Shown here piece by piece: positions 17,948 through 27,317 of a stretch of 64,000 nucleotides of DNA. Positions within the stretch are counted from its first letter, which is position 1. Each line of letters starts with the position of its first letter. Position numbers and translations under genes: made by a program. Origin of the DNA: Candidatus Falkowbacteria bacterium (lineage in GTDB: Bacteria > Patescibacteriota > Patescibacteriia > Patescibacteriales > UBA12465). The notes beneath the pieces are model-generated. The model ran no database searches and was not told the origin of the DNA. It saw only the letters and a program-made list of their open reading frames with translations. The DNA is taken from positions 45,942 through 109,941 of the forward strand of contig JAAZJO010000010.1 of NCBI GenBank assembly GCA_012800315.1. Direction: 5' to 3'.

Positions 17948-19404
17948 TGCCTAAAAAATTAAAAATTGTTCATGTTTCCTCAGAAGTTGCCCCCTTTTCT
18001 AAGACTGGGGGTTTAGGTGATGTTGCTCGTAGTTTGCCGAAGGCGTTGAAACGTTTAGGGCATGATGTTATTTTAATTACGCCGCTTTATGGACAAGTAA
18101 TTGATAAAAAGGAACATAAGTTGAAATTAATTTTTGAGGATGTTGATTTGCGTTTAAATTCCCAAGAAAAAGTTAAAGTTAATTATTGGAAAGGGTATTT
18201 AATGGAAGACTTGCCGGTTTATTTTGTGGAAAATAAACATTTTTTTTCTAAACATAAAAATATTTATGGCTCAACTAAAGAAAATGCTCGCTTTTTAGTT
18301 TTTGATATTGCGGCTTTAAAATTATTATCACTTTTAAAGTTGCCAGTAGATATTATTCATTGCCATGATTGGCAAACGGGGCTGATTCCTTATTATTTAA
18401 AAACTGATTTTCGTTACTCTAAAACTTTAAAAAAGACAAAAACAGTTTTTACTATTCATAATTTAATTTTCCAGTTAGGGCATAATTGGTGGGAGATTCC
18501 GCCAGAGAGAAAAGATTATGGACGGGGTCGCATTCCGCATACTTATGATCCGCGCTTAGAAGATATAAACTTTGCTAAACGGGCAATTCGTTCGGCTGAT
18601 ATTATTAATACAGTTAGTGAAAAATATCGCGAGGAAATAATGACTAAAAAATTTGGTCAAGATTTACAGCGGATATTAAGAAATCGGGAAGATCGTTTAT
18701 TTGGTATTATTAATGGGATTGATCATAATACTTATAATCCAGAAAAAGATAAAGAATTACACCGACGCTATTCATCTAAGAAAATAACTCTCAAAGATGA
18801 TAATAAAAAATATTTACAGAAGAAAATTGGCTTGCCGGTTGATAAAAATATTCCAATTTTATGCACGACCTCGCGAGTAACTTTCCAAAAAGGATTTAAT
18901 CTGATTTTAAAAGTCATTAATTTGTTTTTAAAACTAGATATTCAGTTAGTTTTTATGGGCGATGGTAACAAGGAATATATTCGGCAGATAAAAAAGTTAC
19001 AGAAAAAATATAGTGATAAATTAGTTTGGCTGCCCTTTGATCAAAAAATGGAAAGTTTATTATATGCTGCTTCTGATGTCTTTTTATTACCGTCTAATCA
19101 TGAGCCTTGTGGTATTAATCAATTAATCGCGATGCGCTATGGTTGTATTCCAGTAGTGCGTGAAGTGGGCGGTCTTTATGATACGGTAGATGATTTTAAT
19201 CCAGCAACTGGTAAAGGCAATGGCTTTACTTTTCAAGCTGAGAATGAAATTTTATTTTATGCGGCTGTTATTCGTGCTTTAGAGAATTATAAACATAAAC
19301 GAGTCTGGGCTAACTTGGTTAAGCGAGCAATGAAGCAATCAACTAGTTGGGAGATTCCAGCGAAGAAATATGTTGAATTATATAGAAAAGCCTTAAGAGA
19401 ATAA
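17932..19404 (+). CDS. glgA: Glycogen/starch synthase (GT5)
   Basis: SEVAPFSKTGGLGDV, IIHCHDWQTG, FTIHNL, EPCGINQLIAMRYG. Confidence 0.93.
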   Translation: MSKKVVPKKLKIVHVSSEVAPFSKTGGLGDVARSLPKALKRLGHDVILITPLYGQVIDKKEHKLKLIFEDVDLRLNSQEKVKVNYWKGYLMEDLPVYFVENKHFFSKHKNIYGSTKENARFLVFDIAALKLLSLLKLPVDIIHCHDWQTGLIPYYLKTDFRYSKTLKKTKTVFTIHNLIFQLGHNWWEIPPERKDYGRGRIPHTYDPRLEDINFAKRAIRSADIINTVSEKYREEIMTKKFGQDLQRILRNREDRLFGIINGIDHNTYNPEKDKELHRRYSSKKITLKDDNKKYLQKKIGLPVDKNIPILCTTSRVTFQKGFNLILKVINLFLKLDIQLVFMGDGNKEYIRQIKKLQKKYSDKLVWLPFDQKMESLLYAASDVFLLPSNHEPCGINQLIAMRYGCIPVVREVGGLYDTVDDFNPATGKGNGFTFQAENEILFYAAVIRALENYKHKRVWANLVKRAMKQSTSWEIPAKKYVELYRKALRE

Positions 19405-19434
19405 AAACTTAAAAAGCTTATTATTAATTAAAAT

Positions 19435-20622
19435 ATGATTTGGTTAAATTTTTTACATTTTTATCAACCAGCTAATGTGGAGTTTTATAATATCCGTAAA
19501 GCACTAGATAAAAGTTATTGGCGTCTTTTGAGATTATTTGAAGAACACCCAAATTTAAGAATGACCATTAATATTAGTGGTTGCTTGCTGGAGCGTTTGG
19601 AGGAGGCCGGTGAAAAAGCTTTTCTTGAGCGGTTACAATTTTTAGTTAAAAAGAAAAGAATTGAAGTAACTGGTTCAGCTGGTTATCATGGATTTTTGCC
19701 GCTTTTGCCAGAGAAAGAAGTGGTACACCAGATTAAAGCTAATGAAAAAATTTTAAAAAGAGTGTTTGGTAAAAATTTTAAACCGAGTGGATTTTTTTTG
19801 CCGGAAATGGCTTATTCACCAGCCGTAGCGAAAATAGTTAAGCGTCTAGGCTATCAATGGCTTATTCTTGATGAAATTGCTTTTAGCGGTGGAAGCAATC
19901 AGCGCCCAGATAATAAATGTCCTTATGTTGATGAGGCTAGTGGTTTAAGAGTTATTTTTCGGGAGCGCGATAAATCAAATGCCTATCCGCCAGATAAATT
20001 GTTTTCTCTTTTAAAAGAAAAGAGGGTAGAGAAGAATCAGGTAGTGATTACTGCTACTGACGCTGAGCTTTATGGTTTGCGTCATGAAGATCCAACTGGG
20101 GAAATGGAGAAAATTGTCCAGGTTGAGGAGTTAAAAATGATGACTATTTCTGCTTGGTTAAAAAAGATTAGTATAAAAAAACCAGTTAAAATAAAAGTTT
20201 GGGCGTCTTCTTGGGAATCAAGTCCGGCTGAGATTAAGGCTGGACAGCCCTATATTCTTTGGCAAAATAAAAAAAATAAAATTCAAACCAATCTTTGGAA
20301 ATTAGCAGAATTAGCTCTGTCGCTTGGCGAACAATACAAAAAAGATAAAAATTATTATTGGTATCGCTGGCACTTAGATCGTGGTTTAGCGAGTTGTGTT
20401 TTTTGGTGGGCTAGCGCTCATGATTTTTCTAAAGTTTTTGGACCGTATGCTTGGAGTCCGGATTATATTGAACGGGGTTTAGGTGATTTAGTTAGAAGTG
20501 TTCGCTCTCTCAACAATCCAAAAACTAAAAAGCAAAAACTAGCCGCTGAAAATTATTATTTAAAGATTAGTAAATTAGTTTGGGAAAGCCATTGGAAAAA
20601 ATATTGGCGAAAAATTATATGA
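19435..20622 (+). CDS. Glycoside hydrolase family 57 protein
   Basis: LHFYQP, GYHGFLPLLP, FLPEMAY (nucleophile Glu), TDAELYG (acid/base Asp), ASCVFWWAS. Confidence 0.85.
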   Translation: MIWLNFLHFYQPANVEFYNIRKALDKSYWRLLRLFEEHPNLRMTINISGCLLERLEEAGEKAFLERLQFLVKKKRIEVTGSAGYHGFLPLLPEKEVVHQIKANEKILKRVFGKNFKPSGFFLPEMAYSPAVAKIVKRLGYQWLILDEIAFSGGSNQRPDNKCPYVDEASGLRVIFRERDKSNAYPPDKLFSLLKEKRVEKNQVVITATDAELYGLRHEDPTGEMEKIVQVEELKMMTISAWLKKISIKKPVKIKVWASSWESSPAEIKAGQPYILWQNKKNKIQTNLWKLAELALSLGEQYKKDKNYYWYRWHLDRGLASCVFWWASAHDFSKVFGPYAWSPDYIERGLGDLVRSVRSLNNPKTKKQKLAAENYYLKISKLVWESHWKKYWRKII

Positions 20623-21656
20623 ACAAAATTTTATCGTTATTTGATGAAGTGGCCGTGCTTGCTTATTTGAAAAAAAAATTGTTGCCACTTTTTCCTGAAT
20701 TTAACGATATCAAAAAAGTTAAAATTAAGCCGTATAAAGAAATGATTTGGGAGACAACCTATCATGTAGTGATTGGCTTTCAAGTTTATTTTTTGACGCC
20801 AGAGGATAAAGAGGAAAGAACTCTGATTATTTGTTCTGCTCATAGTGATGAGCCGCGAGAAAATGTTTATTTGGCTTTAAAATATTTGTGGGCAAAGGGA
20901 CTTAATCAAAAGGGCATTGATTTACCGCGCCCTCTTTTTTATTCAAAAAGATTTAATGGTACTTTTTATTTAGCCTTGGAGGGAGAAAATCTTCTTTACT
21001 ATATTAAGAATAAAGACATTGCTGTGGTGGAACAACTAGTTGTTTCCTCAGCCAAACTTTTTGCCCAGCTTCATTCTTTTGCAGTTGAGGAGGAAGTGAA
21101 TTTTAATCCAAGTAATGCTCGCATTAAGACGATAATTCCGGGAGTGGAAAATATTTATCAAGGCATGACTGCTCGTTATGGCAATAAATATACAGCTGAC
21201 TTAAAAAAGATTTATGATTATTTTATTGCTCAGGAGGAAAAATTTTTTGCTTCGGGTGCGCCGTTAAAATTAATTCATGGCGATGCTCATCCAGAAAATA
21301 TTATTAAAACAGCTGAGAATAGAATTGGACTGATTGATTTTACTGATTTATGTTTTGCTGATTTTGCTCGTGATCTAGGAACCTTTTTGCAGCAGTTAGA
21401 ATATAAGATCATGACTAAAATTGATGATCGGGAGTTAGCAGATAGATTAAAAAAATTATTTTTGGATAATTATTTGCTCGCCACTGGGACAACGCTTGAT
21501 GATAACTTAAAAAATCGGATAAATACTTATTATAATTGGACAGCTATTCGCACCGCTACTTATTGGTTTTTAAAATTTGAACCTGATGAAAATAAGGGTG
21601 TACATTTATTAGAAGTGGTTAAAAATAATTTAAAATTATTACATGATGAAAAATAA
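20619..21656 (+). CDS. APH/choline-kinase-like phosphotransferase
   Basis: HGDAHPENI catalytic loop and GLIDF; ATG 20619 overlaps the GH57 stop (ATGA). Confidence 0.8.
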   Translation: MNKILSLFDEVAVLAYLKKKLLPLFPEFNDIKKVKIKPYKEMIWETTYHVVIGFQVYFLTPEDKEERTLIICSAHSDEPRENVYLALKYLWAKGLNQKGIDLPRPLFYSKRFNGTFYLALEGENLLYYIKNKDIAVVEQLVVSSAKLFAQLHSFAVEEEVNFNPSNARIKTIIPGVENIYQGMTARYGNKYTADLKKIYDYFIAQEEKFFASGAPLKLIHGDAHPENIIKTAENRIGLIDFTDLCFADFARDLGTFLQQLEYKIMTKIDDRELADRLKKLFLDNYLLATGTTLDDNLKNRINTYYNWTAIRTATYWFLKFEPDENKGVHLLEVVKNNLKLLHDEK

Positions 21657-22752
21657 ATCGCTAAAACAGCTGAAAATTGCTCATCTTCATGTTTGGGATA
21701 AGAAAAACAAAGGTGATTGGGCGATTGTTTTAGCTGTTCAGGAATTGTTAAAAGCTAATTTTCCGGGTTGTCAGATTATTGATTTCCCTGTATCTCTTTT
21801 AAAAGAAGGGAGGCTGGCTGAGGCTCAGAAAATTAATCAAGCTGATTTTGTTATTATTGGCGGTGGTGGAATATTTTATTCATATTTTCTTCCTTATAAC
21901 CAAGAATTTATTAAAGCGATTGTTAAGCCGATAATTATTTTTGGTGCTGGTTATATTAAAGAAGTTGATGCTCCTGAGATAAAAAAAGAGGCGGCGCTGA
22001 GCGTAGCTTTTTTAGCACGTCAGGCAAAGCTGGTTGGTTTAAGAGATAATAATACTAAAAAGTTTTTAATTAAAAATGGAGTGCCTGCCAATAAAATACA
22101 AGTAATTGGTGATCCAGCAGCCTTATTAAAAGAAAAAAAATTAACAGCCACTCAATTGCGGGCTTTAAAATTAAATCAGTCGCCAAGCAATTTAGTGAAA
22201 AAGAAATCGCCGTTTAGAATTGGCTTAAATTTAAATTATGCTGGCTGGTTAGGTTTTGGTAAATGGCGCGAGGATATTCTTAAAGCTTATCGTGAAGTAG
22301 CTGAATATTTTCAGCAAGAATATGGTGGTCAAAATGGTTTAGGAGTGGAAATATATTATTTAAAGCATCATCCCGGGGAAGACCATATTTATCCTGAGCT
22401 TAAGATAAAAAATTTACGAGTAGTGGATTTAAAGCCGGCTGAGCAAAAAGAGCTTTACGGACACTTAGATTTAATTATTGGGATGATGTTACATGTTGGT
22501 GTAATGGCTTTTGGTGCCGGGACACCAGAAATCAGCGTGGCTTATGATCTAAGAAATCATAGTTTTGCTGAATATATCGGATACCCAGAATTGGTGGTTG
22601 ATTTAGAAGCTTTAAAAACTGGAGAGTTATTAAAAAGAGTAAAAATGGTCTGGAAAAAGAGGGAAAAATACCAGCAAGCGTTTATTCGCTTAAAGAAAAA
22701 AATTGCTACTAAGCAAAGTTTGTTTTTAAAGAAAGTAAAAACAATAATTTAG
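21643..22752 (+). CDS. Polysaccharide pyruvyl transferase family protein
   Basis: NKGDWAI, IIGGGGIF, VGLRDNNT, IGDPA, GMMLH. Confidence 0.8.
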   Translation: MMKNKSLKQLKIAHLHVWDKKNKGDWAIVLAVQELLKANFPGCQIIDFPVSLLKEGRLAEAQKINQADFVIIGGGGIFYSYFLPYNQEFIKAIVKPIIIFGAGYIKEVDAPEIKKEAALSVAFLARQAKLVGLRDNNTKKFLIKNGVPANKIQVIGDPAALLKEKKLTATQLRALKLNQSPSNLVKKKSPFRIGLNLNYAGWLGFGKWREDILKAYREVAEYFQQEYGGQNGLGVEIYYLKHHPGEDHIYPELKIKNLRVVDLKPAEQKELYGHLDLIIGMMLHVGVMAFGAGTPEISVAYDLRNHSFAEYIGYPELVVDLEALKTGELLKRVKMVWKKREKYQQAFIRLKKKIATKQSLFLKKVKTII

Positions 22753-22866
22753 AAGTTTTTATTAATAATAAGGTTAATTAGATTTTTTACTTAATTCTGT
22801 TATAATCTAAATATTGGAGCTTGGTTTGACTCCTGAGTTAATTTTGTCTAATTTTGTGTTTAAAGT

Positions 22867-25470
22867 ATGGGTGGAAAAAAGAAAAACAGTAATCCTTTGG
22901 ATTATTTAAACTTACCAGAAATAAATCTTGATGAAAAAGCTAAGAGAAGCATTTTAGTAGTTCTTTTGGTTGTTTTTGGTTTGATTAGTTTGCTTGGGCT
23001 TTTTAATCTTTCTGGGCATTTTGGAGAATTTATTGCTAAATGGCTCACTCTTATTTTTGGTTTTGGAAAATATCTTGTGCCATTAATTTTTATTTATTGG
23101 GCAGTAATTATTTCTAGAAAAGAAAAAAAATCTCTACAGTTTACTGATTACTTAGGTTTAGGACTTCTTTTTATTTCCTACCAAACGCTTTTTCATTTTT
23201 TCTTAGATGTCAATGTGTGGGAGAGCAAAGTAGAGGCTGGTGTTGGTGGTGGTTATGTTGGTCTATATTTAAGTAAACTATTTTATTATGTTTTCGGTTT
23301 TTGGGGCGGACTTTTAGTTCTTTTTGCTCTTTTACTTATTTCTCTTGTTTTAGTTTTTAATACCTCATTATCACGGCTGGTTGGCGAGGAAAGTATTTTT
23401 GCTAAGATCATTAGACCCTTTGCTTTATTTTTCAAAAACTTATTTTCACGCTCAGTTTCTGAGGAAGAAAGTGATGGCCAGCAATTTATTCAAGAGGCAC
23501 GAGAAGAGGTTTTAAGTTCTTGGCAGAAGAAAGGAGTTCAGAGTGAAGAAGAAGAGGAAGAGGAGGAAGAAGAAGAGGAGGAAGAAGAAGTTTCGGCGGC
23601 TAAAATATTAGCACAAAAAAATAAGCCAAAGGTTCAGGAAAAAATTGTTTGGCCGAAGCGAAGAATTAAAATTGATTTACCGTTAGAGTTATTAAATAAT
23701 AAATTTAGTAAGGCAATTGGTGGTGATACAGAAGCTAATGCTGCTAAGATTCATAAGACTTTAGAAAAGTTTGGTATTGAGGTGGAAATGGGCGAAACTA
23801 AAGTTGGTCCAACTGTTACACAATACACTTTTCGTCCAGCCGAAGGAGTTAAGCTTTCTCGCATCACGACTTTAAATAATGATTTATCACTTTCTTTAGC
23901 CGCTCATCCGATCAGAATTGAGGCTCCAATTCCTGGAAAATCTTTGGTAGGTATTGAGGTGCCTAATCGCGCTAAGGCAATTGTTGGTTTACGAGAAATT
24001 TTAGAAGATCAGGCTTTTAAAGATCGTAAAAATAATCTTTTCGTTGCTTTAGGCAAAGATGTTTCTGGTACTGCTTGGCTTTATGATTTAACACGCATGC
24101 CCCATCTTTTAGTAGCTGGTGCAACTAATTCCGGAAAATCTGTTTGTTTAAACGCTATTATTGTTAGCTTATTATACCAAAACAACCCTGATGATTTACG
24201 CTTTATTATGGTTGATCCGAAGCGAGTTGAATTGCCGACATATAATGGCATTCCTCATTTATTAACGCCGGTGATTACTGATGTTAATAAAACAATTAAC
24301 GCTTTAAAGTGGTGCTTGAATGAAATGGAGAGGCGCTATGATATTTTAAATAAAGCTGGTAAGCGCAATATCCAATCTTATAACCAAACAGCTGAGGAAA
24401 AATTGCCATATATTGTTTTCATTATTGATGAATTAGCTGATTTTATGATGACCGCTGGCAAAGATATGGAGGCGGCGATTATTCGTTTAGCTCAAATGTC
24501 TAGAGCCATTGGCATCCATTTAATTTTAGCGACTCAACGTCCGAGTGTGGATGTGATTACTGGTTTAATTAAAGCCAACATCCCAACGCGTATTGCTTTT
24601 TCTGTAGCTTCATTAGTTGATTCAAAAACAATTTTAGATGCGTCTGGCGCTGAAAAATTATTGGGACAAGGAGATATGTTATTTATGACAGCTGAGTTTG
24701 CTAAGCCGAAAAGAATTCAGGGTGCTTATTTAAGTGATGAAGAAATAACTAATGTAGTTAATTATATTAAAGAGAAGAGTGGTCCGGCTGAATATTTAGA
24801 AGGAGTAACTGATCGTCAAAAAGTGGCTGGCAATGCAGGCGTTGGTCTAGATGGAAATTATGGTGATGAAGATGAGTTATTTGAAGCCGCTAAAGAAATT
24901 ATTGTTAAGGCAGGAAAGGCTTCAACTTCAATGCTGCAACGTCGTTTATCAATTGGTTATGGTCGCGCAGCTAAGATTTTAGATATGCTTGAAGAGAGTG
25001 GGGTTATTGGTCCGCCCAACGGTTCTAAACCACGTGAAGTTTTGATTAGCCAAGCAGAATATGAAGCCATGGGTGAAGAAACAATTAGCGGCGTTCCTCT
25101 TCATAATCGGGCAACAGCTCAACGTCCAGATAGTTATTTAGCTGGCGATGAAGGTAATGATGGCACTTTAGTTTTTACTAGTGATCTTACTCACACTGAA
25201 GAAGATAGTGATTCTAATGATGAGGAAGAAGAGGAAGAGGAAGAAGAAGAGGAAGATTTTGCAGTTAATGCTGAAGATGAGACAGAGGAAGCGAGTGAAG
25301 AGGAGCAAGATGAATCTGAGGCAGAAGAAGACTCTGAAGAAACAGAGGATTCTGAAGCACAAGCAGAATCAGTTCAATCAGAAAAGCCAGCTGGACAGGA
25401 GAAAAAAGAACAAACACCGACCGGTAGTCAGCTTTTTGAAGAAGATGATGAGATGTTTTTCTCTAGATAA
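22867..25470 (+). CDS. ftsK: DNA translocase FtsK/SpoIIIE
   Basis: N-terminal TM region, PHLLVAGATNSGKS, FIIDELAD, LATQRPSVDVITG, gamma domain ASTSMLQRRLSIGYGRAA. Confidence 0.96.
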   Translation: MGGKKKNSNPLDYLNLPEINLDEKAKRSILVVLLVVFGLISLLGLFNLSGHFGEFIAKWLTLIFGFGKYLVPLIFIYWAVIISRKEKKSLQFTDYLGLGLLFISYQTLFHFFLDVNVWESKVEAGVGGGYVGLYLSKLFYYVFGFWGGLLVLFALLLISLVLVFNTSLSRLVGEESIFAKIIRPFALFFKNLFSRSVSEEESDGQQFIQEAREEVLSSWQKKGVQSEEEEEEEEEEEEEEEVSAAKILAQKNKPKVQEKIVWPKRRIKIDLPLELLNNKFSKAIGGDTEANAAKIHKTLEKFGIEVEMGETKVGPTVTQYTFRPAEGVKLSRITTLNNDLSLSLAAHPIRIEAPIPGKSLVGIEVPNRAKAIVGLREILEDQAFKDRKNNLFVALGKDVSGTAWLYDLTRMPHLLVAGATNSGKSVCLNAIIVSLLYQNNPDDLRFIMVDPKRVELPTYNGIPHLLTPVITDVNKTINALKWCLNEMERRYDILNKAGKRNIQSYNQTAEEKLPYIVFIIDELADFMMTAGKDMEAAIIRLAQMSRAIGIHLILATQRPSVDVITGLIKANIPTRIAFSVASLVDSKTILDASGAEKLLGQGDMLFMTAEFAKPKRIQGAYLSDEEITNVVNYIKEKSGPAEYLEGVTDRQKVAGNAGVGLDGNYGDEDELFEAAKEIIVKAGKASTSMLQRRLSIGYGRAAKILDMLEESGVIGPPNGSKPREVLISQAEYEAMGEETISGVPLHNRATAQRPDSYLAGDEGNDGTLVFTSDLTHTEEDSDSNDEEEEEEEEEEEDFAVNAEDETEEASEEEQDESEAEEDSEETEDSEAQAESVQSEKPAGQEKKEQTPTGSQLFEEDDEMFFSR

Positions 25471-25516
25471 TTATTATTAAATTAGTAATCGTTGTTTTTG
25501 GCTGTAACATTTAAGG

Positions 25517-25645
25517 TTTTATTCGTATTATTATATAGAGTTGGGAATTAAGTCGTGAAAGCGATTTACTCCCTAATACGGCTGAATAAAAAAAGAAAAA
25601 TTAAACAAAACCACCCTACGGAATCAGGGTGGTTTGTTGTTTTTA
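25517..25645 (+). ncRNA. Candidate structured RNA followed by an intrinsic terminator
   Basis: Nested pairing TTTTATTC/GAATAAAA, GTATTA/TAATAC, GGGA/TCCC and AAGTCGT-GAAA-GCGATTT, then an AAACCACCCT/AGGGTGGTTT hairpin with a U-rich tail. Confidence 0.4.
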
Positions 25646-25675
25646 TTTCTTTATAATTTTGGTATAATAGGCTAT

Positions 25676-27118
25676 ATGTTAGAAAAAATAAAAAAACTTA
25701 TTCCGCGCAATCTTTTTAAAGTGCTTCAGCCACCCTATCATTTTTTAATGGCCTTATTGGCGGCCCTTGTTTATCACTTTCCGAGTAAAAAAATGATTGT
25801 AATTGGAGTAACTGGGACGGCCGGTAAAACTTCAACTGTTTATTTAATTGCGAAAACTTTAGCGGCGGCTGGTTATAAAACTGGTTTTACTTCTACCGCC
25901 GTTTTTTCTGATGGTGACAAAGAATGGTTGAATGATAAAAAAATGACTATGCCAGGACGTTTTTTTATTCAAAGAACTTTACATCAAATGTGGAAGAATG
26001 GGTGTCGTTATGCAATTATTGAAACTACTTCCGAAGGCATTAAACAATTTCGCCACCGCTTTATTAATTATGATATTTTAGTGTTTACAAATTTATATCC
26101 AGAACATATTGAGTCTCATGGTAGTTTTGAAAAATATAAAGAAGCTAAAGGAATTTTATTTGCTCATCTAAAGCGCTGCTCCACTAAGTATGTTAATGAG
26201 CAGAAAGTAGTTGTGCGTCCAGCTAATAATTTTAAAAAACTAGATTTTACCAGAGTCTTTAAGACGATTATTGTTAATGGTGATGATGAACATAGTGAAT
26301 ATTTTTTAAATTTTGGGAGCGAGGAAAAAATAATTTACTCTTTTCAGCCAGAAACTAATTTTAAATTAATTTTTGAAAACTTATCTGAAGAAGCTAAGGT
26401 TAAGGACTTTAAAGTTATTTATGGTTCTGAAGTTTCTTCAAGTGCTCACGGGATATCATTAAAAATTGAAAATGAGCCAGTTAATTTAAAATTATTAGGA
26501 GAGTTTAATGCGATTAATGCTTTAGCTGCTTATGCGGTCGGGCAAAGTCAAAGACTTAATAGTCGGGATATTATTGCTGGTTTAGAAAGTGTTAGTTCTT
26601 TAGCTGGAAAATTAGAATTGATAGATGAGGGGCAAAACTTTACGGCGATTGTTGATTATTCTTTTGAGCCGCAGGCGATGGAGAAGCTTTATAAAACAAT
26701 TGCTCTGATTCCTCATAGACGCCTTATCCAGGTGCTTGGCTCAGCTGGCGGTGGTCGTGATCGGGCTCGTCGTCCAATTTTAGGTAAAATAGCTGCTGAA
26801 AATGTGGATATAGCCATTATTACCGATGAAGATCCTTATGATGAGGATCCTTTAGAAATTATTAATCAAGTTGCTGCTGGGGCTGAGAATTTTCCGGGCA
26901 GTAAGATGATTTTAGATAAAAATTTATTTAAAATTCTAGATAGACGTGAGGCTATAAAAAAAGCGCTAGAATTAGCCGAAGAAGGGGATTTAGTCTTATT
27001 TACTGGCAAAGGAGCAGAACAATATATTTGTGTTGCTGCTGGCCAAAAAATTCCTTGGGACGAACGACAGGTAGTACGTGAGGTAATTGTGGAGAAAATG
27101 TGTATTGACAAGGAATAA
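25676..27118 (+). CDS. murE: MurE-family Mur ligase (UDP-MurNAc-tripeptide synthetase)
   Basis: IGVTGTAGKTST, IETTSEG, FTNLYPEHIESHG, SAGGGRDRARR, DEDPYDEDP, TGKGAE; ATG 25676. Confidence 0.85.
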   Translation: MLEKIKKLIPRNLFKVLQPPYHFLMALLAALVYHFPSKKMIVIGVTGTAGKTSTVYLIAKTLAAAGYKTGFTSTAVFSDGDKEWLNDKKMTMPGRFFIQRTLHQMWKNGCRYAIIETTSEGIKQFRHRFINYDILVFTNLYPEHIESHGSFEKYKEAKGILFAHLKRCSTKYVNEQKVVVRPANNFKKLDFTRVFKTIIVNGDDEHSEYFLNFGSEEKIIYSFQPETNFKLIFENLSEEAKVKDFKVIYGSEVSSSAHGISLKIENEPVNLKLLGEFNAINALAAYAVGQSQRLNSRDIIAGLESVSSLAGKLELIDEGQNFTAIVDYSFEPQAMEKLYKTIALIPHRRLIQVLGSAGGGRDRARRPILGKIAAENVDIAIITDEDPYDEDPLEIINQVAAGAENFPGSKMILDKNLFKILDRREAIKKALELAEEGDLVLFTGKGAEQYICVAAGQKIPWDERQVVREVIVEKMCIDKE

Positions 27119-27133
27119 AACTTATTATATTAT
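27105..27133 (+). promoter_or_regulatory. Sigma70 promoter for rpoBC
   Basis: TTGACA-17 nt-TATTAT overlapping the end of murE. Confidence 0.7.
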
Positions 27134-27317
27134 AAAGATATTAACACTTTTTTAACTAAAAAAAAGTGATTTATCAAAAAAATAGTTAATTAAATAAACG
27201 TTAAACTCAAGCCAGTTGGGGTTGGGGTTTTTTTGTTAAGTAAATTTCTGTCCTTCTTTATTTTTTCATCTATTATTAGATAAATATATTCATAAATATT
27301 TTATAAATATACGTTTT

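Noticed and set aside
25168-25480. Alternative-frame ORFs in the ftsK tail (K/R-rich and F-rich)
   Set aside because: Shadows of GAA/GAG poly-Glu codons
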